This document shows, piece by piece, positions 1-9,044 of a DNA stretch of 34,933 bases. The stretch's first letter is position 1. Each line of letters opens with the position of its first letter. Below the pieces are notes generated by a model, which was not told the origin of the DNA, ran no database searches, and saw nothing but the letters and a program-made list of their open reading frames with translations. The translations under genes were made by a program, and so were the position numbers. The DNA lies in IMG/VR virus record IMGVR_UViG_2778261280_000009, positions 1 to 34,933 of that record; one strand, 5' to 3'. Source of the stretch: a virus (taxonomy: Duplodnaviria > Heunggongvirae > Uroviricota > Caudoviricetes).

Positions 1-162
1 CTCCTCACGGGGGACAGAAAGCGTCACGCTGTACGTTTTCAGGTTGGCATTCAGCCCGGCAGGCGCTCGCTGGGAATAGCCATCACCAAAGCGCACCTTT
101 CTTACAGATGGGGCCGAAGCCACATCCATACCGGGTTTCACTTTCCAGCGGAAGGTTTTCAT
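1..162 (-). CDS. M: Tail protein gpM, N-terminal part only (gene continues beyond window start)
   Basis: Reverse-complement of 1..162 translates MKTFRWKVKPGMDVAS..., matching the lambda gpM N-terminus from recollection; its ATG overlaps the H stop (ATGA). Confidence 0.8.
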   Translation of the reverse strand, partial: MKTFRWKVKPGMDVASAPSVRKVRFGDGYSQRAPAGLNANLKTYSVTLSVPREE

Positions 163-2720
163 CGTCCACCTCCGGAGAACAGGCCACCATCACGCATCTG
201 TGTCTGAATTTCATCACGGGCACCCTTGCGGGCCATGTCATACACTGCCTTCATCATCTGTGGACCTGGCAGACCATTCGTACCGTCGTTCTGAATCACC
301 ACGTGATTGTTCTGATTAAAATTAATGCCTTCAGCCCGCCGCATCTGCGCCGGACTTCCGGCACCGCCCACATAACCACCTTCCGCATAGCCCCGCATCA
401 GGCGGTACAGGTTGCCGACACCAATCCGGCTGGTTGCCTCCTTCGTGAAGACAAATTCACCACGGTGAACAATCCCCGCTGGCTCATATTTGCCGCCGGT
501 TCCTGTGAATCCTCCGGTTGCAAAATGGAATTTCGCCGCAGCGGCCTGAATGGCTGTACCGCCTGACGCGGATGCGCCGCCACCAACAGCCCCGCCAATG
601 GCGCTGCCGATACTCCCGACAATCCCCACCATTGCCTGCTTAAGCAGAATTTCTGTCATCATGGACAGCACGGAACGGGTGAAGCTGCGCCAGTTCTGTT
701 CACTGCCGGTCAGCATCGCCGCCATATTCTGTGCAATACCATCAAAGGTCTGCGTGGCAGCACTTTTAACCTGCGACATACTGTCCGTGGCGCTCTCTTT
801 CCACTCGCTCCAGCCGGACTTGAGGCCTGCCATCCAGCTCCCGCGAAGCAGGTCTTCAGCCGCCCAGGTCTTTTTCTGCTCTGACATGACGTTATTCAGC
901 GCCAGAGGATTATCGCCATACTGTTCCTTCAGGCGCTGTTCCATGGCTTCCCGTTCTGCCTGCCGGTCAGTCAGCCCCCGGCTTTTCGCATCAATAGCGG
1001 CCCGTTTTGCCCGTTGCTGCTGTGCGAATTTATCCGCCTGCTGCGCCAGCGCGTTCAGGCGCTCCTGATACGTGACCTTATCGCCAAGTGCAGCCAGCTG
1101 GCGTTTGTACTCCAGCGTCTCATCTTTATGCGCCAGCAGGGATTTCTCCTGTGCGGACAGCTGGCGACGTTGTGCCGCCTCCTCCAGTACCGCGAACTGA
1201 CTCTCCGCCTTCCACAAATCCCGGCGCTGCTGGCTGATTTTCTCATTTGCTCCGGCATGCTTCTCCAGCGTCCGGAGTTCAGCCTGAAGCGTCAGCAGGG
1301 CAGCATGAGCACTGTCTTCCTGACGATCGCCCGCAGACACCTTCACGCCGGACTGTTTCGGCTTTTTCAGCGTCGCTTCATAATCCTTTTTCGCCGCCGC
1401 CATCAGCGTGTTGTAATCTGCCTGCAGGATTTTCCCGTCTTTCAGTGCCTTGTTCAGTTCTTCCTGACGGGCGGTATATTTCTCCAGCGGCGTCTGCAGG
1501 CGTTCGTAAGCCTTCTGCGCCTCTTCGGTATATTTCAGCCGTGACGCTTCGGTATCGCTCTGCTGCTGCGCATTTTTGTCCTGTTGAGTCTGCTGCTCAG
1601 CCTTCTTTCGGGCGGCTTCAAGCGCAAGACGGGCCTTTTCACGATCATCCCAGTAACGCGCCCGCGCTTCATCGTTAACAAAATAATCATCCTTGCGCAG
1701 ATTCCAGATGTCGTCTGCTTTCTTAAACGCAGCCTCTGCCTTAATCAGCATCTCCTGCGCGGTATCAGGACGACCAATATCCAGCACCGCATCCCACATG
1801 GATTTGAATGCCCGCGCTGTCCTGTCTGCCCAGGTCTCCAGCGTGCCCATGTTCTCTTTCAGGCGGCGGGTCTGGTCATCAAACCCTTTCGTTGCGGCCT
1901 CGTTCGCCGCCTGCAATGCCCCGGCTTCATCGCCGGAACGCTGCAACTGAGCAACATACGCAATCTGCTCCGCCGTCACGTTATGGAACTGGCGTGCCAT
2001 CGCCGTCAGCCCCGACGTCGGGTCTGTGGTCAGCTTCCCGAAGGCTTCAGCGACCTTGTCCACCTCCACGCCGGATGCAGAGGAGAAACGCGCCACACTC
2101 TGGCTGATGGACGCAATCTGAGCCTCACCGCTTACCCCCGCCTTAACCAGTGCGCTGAGTGACTCGCTGGTCTGGTTAAACGTCAGCCCTGCCGCCTGCC
2201 CGGCTCTGGACAGGACCAGCATACGATCTGCCGTCAGTCCCGCCTGATTGCCGGAAAGGACCAGCGTTTTGTTGAAATCGGACAGGGTTGAGTTGCCCTG
2301 ATACCAGGCATACGCCAGCGCACCGGTCGCCACCGCCAGCGAGGTGGCCCCCACCATCGGCAGGGTGATCGCACCGGCAAGCCCCCTGAACATGGGGATC
2401 ATCCCGCCGAAGGAGTCCTTCACCTGCCCCCCCTGTTGCAGCAGGATCAGCCACGGACTTTGCCCGCCTGCAAGCTGCGTGGCCACGTCGGTGAACTGTG
2501 CAGGCAGCATACGCATGGCGGCTTTATACTGCCCGACGGAAATCCCCGCTTTCTGTGCAGCCAGCGCCTGTCGGCTCAGCGACTGTTCAACGACTGCCGC
2601 TGTTTTTTTCGCATCACTTTCCGTACCGGAAAAATGACGCCTGACTCTGGCCATCTGCTCGTCAAATCTGGCCGCATCCAGACTCAAATCAACGACCAGA
2701 TCGCCTACCGGTTCAGCCAT
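159..2720 (-). CDS. H: Tail tape measure protein gpH
   Basis: 853-aa ORF, same length as lambda gpH and near-identical to the lambda H sequence as I recall it; Gly-rich C-terminal segment; sits downstream of G/T. Confidence 0.9.
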   Translation of the reverse strand: MAEPVGDLVVDLSLDAARFDEQMARVRRHFSGTESDAKKTAAVVEQSLSRQALAAQKAGISVGQYKAAMRMLPAQFTDVATQLAGGQSPWLILLQQGGQVKDSFGGMIPMFRGLAGAITLPMVGATSLAVATGALAYAWYQGNSTLSDFNKTLVLSGNQAGLTADRMLVLSRAGQAAGLTFNQTSESLSALVKAGVSGEAQIASISQSVARFSSASGVEVDKVAEAFGKLTTDPTSGLTAMARQFHNVTAEQIAYVAQLQRSGDEAGALQAANEAATKGFDDQTRRLKENMGTLETWADRTARAFKSMWDAVLDIGRPDTAQEMLIKAEAAFKKADDIWNLRKDDYFVNDEARARYWDDREKARLALEAARKKAEQQTQQDKNAQQQSDTEASRLKYTEEAQKAYERLQTPLEKYTARQEELNKALKDGKILQADYNTLMAAAKKDYEATLKKPKQSGVKVSAGDRQEDSAHAALLTLQAELRTLEKHAGANEKISQQRRDLWKAESQFAVLEEAAQRRQLSAQEKSLLAHKDETLEYKRQLAALGDKVTYQERLNALAQQADKFAQQQRAKRAAIDAKSRGLTDRQAEREAMEQRLKEQYGDNPLALNNVMSEQKKTWAAEDLLRGSWMAGLKSGWSEWKESATDSMSQVKSAATQTFDGIAQNMAAMLTGSEQNWRSFTRSVLSMMTEILLKQAMVGIVGSIGSAIGGAVGGGASASGGTAIQAAAAKFHFATGGFTGTGGKYEPAGIVHRGEFVFTKEATSRIGVGNLYRLMRGYAEGGYVGGAGSPAQMRRAEGINFNQNNHVVIQNDGTNGLPGPQMMKAVYDMARKGARDEIQTQMRDGGLFSGGGR

Positions 2721-3153
2721 ACCGGACTCCTCCTGCGATCCCTTCTGATACTGTCATCAGCATTACGTCATCCTCCGTCATGTCCGCCACATCCGGGGAA
2801 GTAGGGATAACTTCATTCCCGTCCGGGCCAAAGCGGACACCTCCGGCAAGCCCTGCCGCTTTCTGCATCAGCACATCATCTTCAGGCTCTTCGTCAGCCT
2901 CACGCCGGTTCAGCAGACTGAAATCCAGCGGATGCATATCCGGATCGCTGAAAAACAGGCTGAGCACGGTGTACGTCAGCCCGGAAAAGTGCATATCCAG
3001 CAGAACATCATGAAAATAATGGGTACTGTAAAAGCGGTGCCAGTCGGCATACTCCGTGGATGACATCCCGGCAAGCATGGCACGCCAGTCGGGTCGCCCC
3101 ATCTCACGCGCCAGTTTCAGGGCAAAACTCAGCTCACCGTCGAACACTTTCCC
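2713..3153 (-). CDS. T: gpT segment, made only as a G-T fusion through a programmed -1 frameshift
   Basis: The -1 frame after the slippery site reads GKVFDGELSFALKLAREMGRPDW..., matching lambda gpGT; there is no independent start codon (the leading M in the track is an artefact). Confidence 0.8.
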   Translation of the reverse strand, partial: GKVFDGELSFALKLAREMGRPDWRAMLAGMSSTEYADWHRFYSTHYFHDVLLDMHFSGLTYTVLSLFFSDPDMHPLDFSLLNRREADEEPEDDVLMQKAAGLAGGVRFGPDGNEVIPTSPDVADMTEDDVMLMTVSEGIAGGVRYG

Positions 3154-3551
3154 GCAGAAACAGGCTCTGCGGGCCCGGCGTCCTCTGTCTGTTCAGGGGC
3201 ATTATTCACAACAAACTCATACATACCAGACAGCCGGTACACCACGTTTTCAGCATGAGAAATTGCCTCTGTAGGCCAGGTGGTAAGCACTTCCTGCTCA
3301 ATCTGTTTAACGGCTTCATTCATGGACGGCATCTGCGTCTTCTGCGGATGGTTATGCCACAGGGACATCGCCACCAGAAACGCGCCGGTTCTGATGGCGT
3401 CTTCCACAGTAAACTTCCGGTTGCTGTCTGACTCCGCCTGTTCTGCCTGCCGTTTCATCAGGGCGAGATGCTCAATACGCTGCAGGGCTGACAGTTCAGA
3501 AAGCGTGACGGTCACGCCGTTATGTTCAAATGATTCGGTTTTCAGGAACAT
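3129..3551 (-). CDS. G: Tail assembly chaperone gpG
   Basis: 140-aa ORF immediately upstream of H; C-terminus ...PVSAGKCSTVS contains the G GGA AAG slippery heptamer. Confidence 0.85.
   Translation of the reverse strand: MFLKTESFEHNGVTVTLSELSALQRIEHLALMKRQAEQAESDSNRKFTVEDAIRTGAFLVAMSLWHNHPQKTQMPSMNEAVKQIEQEVLTTWPTEAISHAENVVYRLSGMYEFVVNNAPEQTEDAGPAEPVSAGKCSTVS
3147..3153 (-). other. Programmed -1 ribosomal frameshift slippery heptamer GGGAAAG (G to G-T)
   Basis: Minus-strand GCG GGA AAG lies 6 codons before the G stop; the -1 frame continues into the T ORF. Confidence 0.8.
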
Positions 3552-3566
3552 CGCTGACTCTCCGGA

Positions 3567-4307
3567 TTAACTGTCGGTGACAGTGATTTCTGCAACCGCA
3601 GCAAGTTCACCATTACCGGATACAACCGGAATGTTGACCTTACCTGCAGCAACGCCTTTCACGGTGATGGTCATACCACTGACCGACACGGTGGCTTTTG
3701 TTTTATCCGCTGACACCGCACGGAAGCTCTTGTCAGTTGCGCCCTCCGGCTGGAATGCCACGGTCAGCGTGGTGCTCTGCCCTTTCACCACCGAGGAGCT
3801 GGCAGGCGTCACAGTCATACCGGTTGCCGCCGTCACCGTACTGCGATCTTCTGCCATTGACGGACGGCCCACATTGGTGACCTTCACCGTACGGGTGATC
3901 ACTTCCTTCGCCGTCACCGCCTTACCGATACTGCTGACCCAGCCACGGAACACATCGACCGTGCCGTTCGGGAAGCGGATTTTATAGGCACGGGTATCAC
4001 CTTCATTAAACCACGCCAGCAGCGCCTGCTGCCCCTGCTCTCCGGGCATCCACGCCAGCGTGAAGCTGGTATCTCCGGCGGATTTCTGCCCCTGCCCGGT
4101 CGCGGTCCAGTCCGCATCTTCATCATCGAGATAACTGTCGTCATAGGACTCAGCGGTCAGTTCGCCGGGCGTCAGGTCTTTAACTTTAGCCAGACGCGAC
4201 CAGTCAACGTCTGAAAGCGGGTTCGCATAAGGGTCGCCGCTCCCGTTATAAACCCACAGGGTGGTCCCGGCACCTTTCACCGGTATTGCTGGATTTGGTA
4301 CAGGCAT
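3567..4307 (-). CDS. V: Major tail tube protein gpV
   Basis: Start trimmed to [16 protein letters not shown] (246 aa), near-identical to lambda gpV as recalled, including the C-terminal Ig-like region; the track ORF is extended upstream. Confidence 0.9.
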   Translation of the reverse strand: MPVPNPAIPVKGAGTTLWVYNGSGDPYANPLSDVDWSRLAKVKDLTPGELTAESYDDSYLDDEDADWTATGQGQKSAGDTSFTLAWMPGEQGQQALLAWFNEGDTRAYKIRFPNGTVDVFRGWVSSIGKAVTAKEVITRTVKVTNVGRPSMAEDRSTVTAATGMTVTPASSSVVKGQSTTLTVAFQPEGATDKSFRAVSADKTKATVSVSGMTITVKGVAAGKVNIPVVSGNGELAAVAEITVTDS

Positions 4308-4314
4308 ATCGTCC

Positions 4315-4710
4315 TCACATTTCATAGGTAATGACATAAGTCAGATCGGCAGAACTCCACAGGCCCGCATCATCGTCGCGCCGGTAGTCATAGCCACTGG
4401 CCACCATACTGGTGAGCAAATCTGACAGTGCCGGGATATCGCTCATCACCGGATAAATCCGGGACTCCATCCACGAATCCAGCTCTGAATCCGGTACCTG
4501 AGCAGGCAGGAAAACTTCGATATGCAGCTCCGCCTGCCAGGTATCGCTGTCCAGCTCTTCGCCCGTGTATTCAGCGCCGGTGAGATAAACGGCAACTGCC
4601 GGAAAATCCGCCTCATCAAAAACAGCGGGGCGACCATCAAAAAACGTCGCCCCGGTGTCATGCTTCTCCAGTGCATCCAGTACGGCTGCACGGAGTTCAG
4701 TATGTTTCAT
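4315..4710 (-). CDS. U: Tail terminator protein gpU
   Basis: 131 aa, [18 protein letters not shown]..., matching lambda gpU in length, sequence and position. Confidence 0.85.
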   Translation of the reverse strand: MKHTELRAAVLDALEKHDTGATFFDGRPAVFDEADFPAVAVYLTGAEYTGEELDSDTWQAELHIEVFLPAQVPDSELDSWMESRIYPVMSDIPALSDLLTSMVASGYDYRRDDDAGLWSSADLTYVITYEM

Positions 4711-5285
4711 CGCTTTATTACCATCCTCAGTTGATGCTGCAGCGCATAGCCCAGCTCTTTCGGAAGACGTTCACGCCGGATCCGCTCAATATTTTGTTTA
4801 AACGCCGTGGTCAGCGGCACCGCCATCGGGATTTTCACCACATCAATGGGGTAACGGTTTTTCCCGGCCACACGCTGCATGACATGCCACCGGCCATTTT
4901 TCAGTTGCTGAATAAACACGCCGGGAATACGACGGTTTCCCACCACAAGCACGCTGCCGCCACCTTTCAGGGCTGAACGCTGCCCCTTTTTACGACGCCT
5001 GCGTCGGGACAGGACAATCCGCGCGTTACCCAGCTTGATTACGGGCAAATCCCCCCGGTTAACCTTGATTCTGGCCTGCGGATTTTTGACCGTGGCCCTT
5101 TTCAGCCTGGCCCTTTCCTTTACCAGTTTCCGGCGTACCTTTGTCTCACGGGCAACCTGTGACGCCGACTGCGATATCGCGGATGAAGCAACGCGGTTAA
5201 TGGCCATTGCGGCGGCACCGGGCACCGCCGTTCTGCTGATACGGCTGAGGTTTTCAACGGCCTGCTCAAGACCCTGTATGGCCAT
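4707..5285 (-). CDS. Z: Tail completion protein gpZ
   Basis: Start trimmed to MAIQGLEQAVENLSR (192 aa), matching lambda gpZ; Arg-rich central segment. Confidence 0.85.
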   Translation of the reverse strand: MAIQGLEQAVENLSRISRTAVPGAAAMAINRVASSAISQSASQVARETKVRRKLVKERARLKRATVKNPQARIKVNRGDLPVIKLGNARIVLSRRRRRKKGQRSALKGGGSVLVVGNRRIPGVFIQQLKNGRWHVMQRVAGKNRYPIDVVKIPMAVPLTTAFKQNIERIRRERLPKELGYALQHQLRMVIKR

Positions 5286-5296
5286 ACATCCCCCTT

Positions 5297-5650
5297 TCAG
5301 CGACGACGGCTGGCGGCAGGTGGTTGCCCCCGGTTGAGCCAGAGATAACAACTCCCTCCGTCATCCGGAGAAACACGGTCCACCCAGAACATCTCGCCGT
5401 TAATGGTCAGCGTGTCACCACGCCGTACAGCACAAACCGTATCCGTAAGCACAAATAATGACGGGTTACTTCCTTCAATACGGATCCCACTACTGGCAAA
5501 ACCCAGCGACTCCGGATCGTCAAAAACGCCATGAACCTCGCCGCCACGCTGTGCACCGGAGGTGAACTGCGCACTGATGCCCATCACTTCAACAATCGTA
5601 CTGTCCACCCCGGCAAGGGCGGCATCAAAGGCATTCTGAAAATCACGCAT
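5297..5650 (-). CDS. FII: Head-tail joining protein gpFII
   Basis: Start trimmed to MRDFQNAFDAALAG (117 aa, the lambda FII size); C-terminus ...WVDRVSPDDGGSC.LWL resembles lambda FII. Confidence 0.75.
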   Translation of the reverse strand: MRDFQNAFDAALAGVDSTIVEVMGISAQFTSGAQRGGEVHGVFDDPESLGFASSGIRIEGSNPSLFVLTDTVCAVRRGDTLTINGEMFWVDRVSPDDGGSCYLWLNRGQPPAASRRR

Positions 5651-6017
5651 AAACAGCCATTCCACCATCAACGTGTGTTTTTGCATCTGAGGACATAATC
5701 AGAATCACCCGACCAACATCCGCAAGCTCAACGGATTCCCCCGTTTCACCATCAACGCCACAGAGATGGAGGCAGGTCAGAACTCTGATGCGCGTTAACG
5801 CGCCGGATGTTTCCTCACGAACATCATGAGCCGCGGTTTCCCGCTCCCGGATATCCATATTCATAACCTGTACATCATCGCCGGATGACTGCATTTCCTC
5901 TTCCCATTCTGCCACCCGCTGCGCTATCTCTGCGGCACTCCCGGATATATCCGGCTCACGCCCCAGAATCAGGGCCAGTTCATCAAGCCGTTTCAGATTT
6001 TGCTCTTTCGTTGCCAT
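5643..6017 (-). CDS. FI: DNA-packaging / head completion protein gpFI-like
   Basis: Sits between E and FII; start chosen at MATKEQNLKRL, preceded by an AGGGGG Shine-Dalgarno; acidic mid-region; diverged from lambda FI. Confidence 0.55.
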   Translation of the reverse strand: MATKEQNLKRLDELALILGREPDISGSAAEIAQRVAEWEEEMQSSGDDVQVMNMDIRERETAAHDVREETSGALTRIRVLTCLHLCGVDGETGESVELADVGRVILIMSSDAKTHVDGGMAVYA

Positions 6018-6068
6018 ATCAGCCCCCTGTGAAAAAAGACACGGGGGCATTTCGCCCCCGCTCACGGA

Positions 6069-7097
6069 TTATTTCACCTGTACCACCACAAACTCATCCG
6101 GGTCCGGCAACACCATCAGCGGCGCGGACTGCGTCATGGTAAATTCACGGGCGGGATCCCCTACCGTCAGCCAGTGTTTCGGATAACGGGAAGAGGCCAC
6201 CACACCTTCGGACAACGCCTGAGCATCCTGAATGGCACCGTAACAACGGATCCCATCTGCAGCAGTATTCCCCAGAACCAGCATGCCATCTGGAAGATAA
6301 CGTTTTTCGATACCGTCTTCTGCTATATAAGACGTTTTCGCCACCACAATGGCCAGATCGCCGTAATACCCCTTGAAGGACACCACTGCGCCCAGATCTT
6401 TCACTGCCGTTTCGAGTTGAGAATTTGAACCGCGACGGGTATCCAGTTTTTCGCGGAACAGCTTAAAACCATTCAGAAGACGCCAGACGGTACCGTCCAT
6501 AATGGCAATATTCACAAGACCGCTGGCCTGGTCGCAGTAGAGGTCAATATCATGTGTAGGATCGAACGTGTCACGATCCTGTTTTGACCACTCCTTACCA
6601 CCACCCTGAGTGATGTTATTCTTCGTCGACCTGCCAAAATCGACCTCAATTTTCTCGAACTGGTCTCCTTCCATGGTGTATTTGCCATACAACACAGCAT
6701 TTACCGCCTGCATTTCTTCCACCTGGACAATCGCGTGCTCTTCCTGTTTGAGGTTATCGGTAATGATACGCAGACGGCGGTAAGCCGGATCATTCAGTTG
6801 AGATGGATCTTCACCAGGAAGGCGCTCAACCGCCTGCTGGTAATTAAATTCGTGTTTCGGCTTGACGTAGCCCGGACGCAACACGCGGGTTTCACCACCA
6901 CGATGACGCAGCACTTTTCCTTCAACAACCGGGGAGACATAGGCCGCCACCGGCGTTTTTCCGGTAATTTTGTCCAGCATCACCTCTTCGGTATGGAAAT
7001 TCACCGTACGGCGGAAAAACAGCTCCAGAAACAGCGCACGAAATTTAACTTTTTGTTCGGTATAACCGAGTAACTGGCGGGTCGTAAACAATCCCAT
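6069..7097 (-). CDS. E: Major capsid protein gpE-like
   Basis: 342 aa (lambda gpE is 341); shares conserved blocks with lambda E (e.g. PGYVKPKH, QVEEMQAV, DTRRGSNS, TGDPAREFTM) but is clearly diverged. Confidence 0.85.
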   Translation of the reverse strand: MGLFTTRQLLGYTEQKVKFRALFLELFFRRTVNFHTEEVMLDKITGKTPVAAYVSPVVEGKVLRHRGGETRVLRPGYVKPKHEFNYQQAVERLPGEDPSQLNDPAYRRLRIITDNLKQEEHAIVQVEEMQAVNAVLYGKYTMEGDQFEKIEVDFGRSTKNNITQGGGKEWSKQDRDTFDPTHDIDLYCDQASGLVNIAIMDGTVWRLLNGFKLFREKLDTRRGSNSQLETAVKDLGAVVSFKGYYGDLAIVVAKTSYIAEDGIEKRYLPDGMLVLGNTAADGIRCYGAIQDAQALSEGVVASSRYPKHWLTVGDPAREFTMTQSAPLMVLPDPDEFVVVQVK

Positions 7098-7154
7098 AAA
7101 TCAGTTCCTTTCATTCAGAAATCAGTCAGGCCACCGCGGTGGCCTGATAACGTG

Positions 7155-7502
7155 TTACGGCAGCGCCGCGTGACTCAGGGCACTGCCAGCAAAGGCGTTG
7201 GCCTTTTTGTGTTCATCCACACTTTCAGGCCAGTGGATTGCCTCCGTCGCAAAGGTTCCCGACTTGTAATACGTCAGCGCCGTCTCTGTGCCGTCAAGCG
7301 GCAGTACCAGTATGCCAACCGCACTACCGGCTTTCTGTCCGTCCCAGACCACCAGTTTCCCGGTGGCTTCATCCAGCATCAGGGGCGTCAGTGCCGGTGT
7401 TGGCGAGGAAATCCCGCTGCTGCCTGTGGCGGTATGAGCCGGATCATTACCGGCAAAAATACGTACTTCCGCACGCTGTTCAGTGATGGTTTTCGTCACC
7501 AT
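7155..7502 (-). CDS. D: Head decoration protein gpD-like
   Basis: 115 aa, directly downstream of C and upstream of E; shares LTPLMLD, WDG and YKSGTF motifs with lambda gpD. Confidence 0.7.
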   Translation of the reverse strand: MVTKTITEQRAEVRIFAGNDPAHTATGSSGISSPTPALTPLMLDEATGKLVVWDGQKAGSAVGILVLPLDGTETALTYYKSGTFATEAIHWPESVDEHKKANAFAGSALSHAALP

Positions 7503-7538
7503 ATTGTAAAAACCTCCTATTGATGGTCAGCACTGGCT

Positions 7539-9044
7539 TCATGGCATGGCCATGAGCATTTTCACGTCCGCATCACCATCTGCTGACGTCTGTGGCACGC
7601 CACCCTGTACCGCTGCCGGTGAATGGTTCGCCATGAAATGTTCAAACATGGCGGTTGTAGATGCAGAGACCGGTTCTGCCTTACCTGATCCCGCAGCCAG
7701 CACAGCCCGGGCGCTCTCCACAGTCATTCCCGGGCAGGCAGCCAGCTGTTCAGCCTGCACCTCAGCCCCTTTTGCCTCATCCAGTGCCATGATCTGATCA
7801 CGGAGTGATGGTCCGGCATCCGCCTGCGGTGAAGCAGCCAGGATCGGGCGGGCTTTTTCCACCGTCATCTCCGGCATCGCCGCCAGTGTTGCCGCCAGTT
7901 GTTCACGACCGTTCGCTTCTTCACACGCCATAATGCGATCGGCTTCACTCTGCGTGGATGCCACCGGCTGCTGCGGTGCCGCCGCGGCCAGAATCGCCCG
8001 GGCCTGTTCAACGCTCATGCCCTGTTGTCCTGCCAGCATCGTGGCAAGCTGTTCACGTCCTTTCGCTTCCTGGCATGTCAGGATCCCCATCACTCGCTGG
8101 TTCTCCTGCGCGGCGGCTTCCGTTGCAGTTAATTGCGGCATAGTGCCTCCTCTGACATTACTGTTCAGCGCCGTGGCCATCACACTGATGGCATCCGACG
8201 CATTGATTAATTCATCCGCCAGCCCGGCCTCAATGCCGGACTGACCTTCAAAAACGGCGGCCTCTGTTCCCGTGACTGCATCAACAGACAGACCGGTAAA
8301 CATCGCCACTTTTTCGGCAAACATCCGGCGCGCCGCATCAATCCGCTGCTGCATGTCCTGGCGAACCTCTGCCGGCAACGCTTCAAACTGATTGCCATCC
8401 ACCTTGTGCGCCCCTGAGTAAATCAGCGTGATATCCACACCGGCCTGCGCCAGATGACCGGCATAGCTGACATGGCTCATCATCACGCCAATGGAACCGA
8501 TACGGGATGTCTGGGTAACCAGCCGTCGGGAGCAGGCCGACGCCAGCAGCATGGCTGCAGAACAGGCCGTGTCATTGCACAGTGCCCAGACCGGCTTCTG
8601 CTGACGGAGGCGGTAAATCATGTCAGCGCAGTCAAACGCGCCGGCGGCCTGCCCGCCCGGACTGTCAATGTCCAGCAGTACGCCCCGCACCTGGCTATCC
8701 GCCATTGCCTGCTGAAGACAGGCGACAATACCGTCATAGCCTGTCATTCCGGAAAATGGCCGCATACCACCCAGCCGGTGCACCAGCGTGCCGGTCACCG
8801 GCAGTACAGCAATACCGTTCACCACCCTGTAAACACGGGCAGGTCGTTTACCTCCGGCCATGTACTCGTCCGTTTCAGCCAGCATTCCGGGAGCATCAAA
8901 CTGTACCTGCTGTTGTGGTACCGAAAGACTTGCTGCCCCCATCTCGCGCCCGAGCGCGCAAAAGAAAACCCGCGCATAGGCGGGCTCCAGAAGCAGCGGT
9001 TCATTGAATGCTGCGGCAATAATGTGTGAAAGATTACGTCTCAC
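7539..9044 (-). CDS. C: Head maturation protease / scaffold (gpC-like S49 peptidase with Nu3-like C-terminal region)
   Basis: 501 aa; N-terminal 300 aa resemble the lambda gpC peptidase core; C-terminal region carries three tandem copies of the Nu3-like module; overlaps the B stop. Confidence 0.8.
   Translation of the reverse strand: MRRNLSHIIAAAFNEPLLLEPAYARVFFCALGREMGAASLSVPQQQVQFDAPGMLAETDEYMAGGKRPARVYRVVNGIAVLPVTGTLVHRLGGMRPFSGMTGYDGIVACLQQAMADSQVRGVLLDIDSPGGQAAGAFDCADMIYRLRQQKPVWALCNDTACSAAMLLASACSRRLVTQTSRIGSIGVMMSHVSYAGHLAQAGVDITLIYSGAHKVDGNQFEALPAEVRQDMQQRIDAARRMFAEKVAMFTGLSVDAVTGTEAAVFEGQSGIEAGLADELINASDAISVMATALNSNVRGGTMPQLTATEAAAQENQRVMGILTCQEAKGREQLATMLAGQQGMSVEQARAILAAAAPQQPVASTQSEADRIMACEEANGREQLAATLAAMPEMTVEKARPILAASPQADAGPSLRDQIMALDEAKGAEVQAEQLAACPGMTVESARAVLAAGSGKAEPVSASTTAMFEHFMANHSPAAVQGGVPQTSADGDADVKMLMAMP
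7686..8096 (-). repeat. Three imperfect tandem in-frame repeats (about 50 codons each) in the 3' part of gene C
   Basis: Protein segments ~317-356, 369-405 and 416-453 all follow the pattern IM.[CL].EA.G.E....LA...GM.VE.AR.ILAA; the matching DNA periodicity is visible. Confidence 0.7.

Noticed and set aside
108-2804. Many overlapping ORFs of 60-190 aa on both strands inside the tape-measure gene (e.g. 550..1068 +, 1014..1544 +, 1584..2162 +, 2176..2454 -)
   Set aside because: They lie wholly within the recognisable 853-aa H reading frame and are the usual antisense or alternate-frame ORFs of a GC-rich gene; none has a start context.
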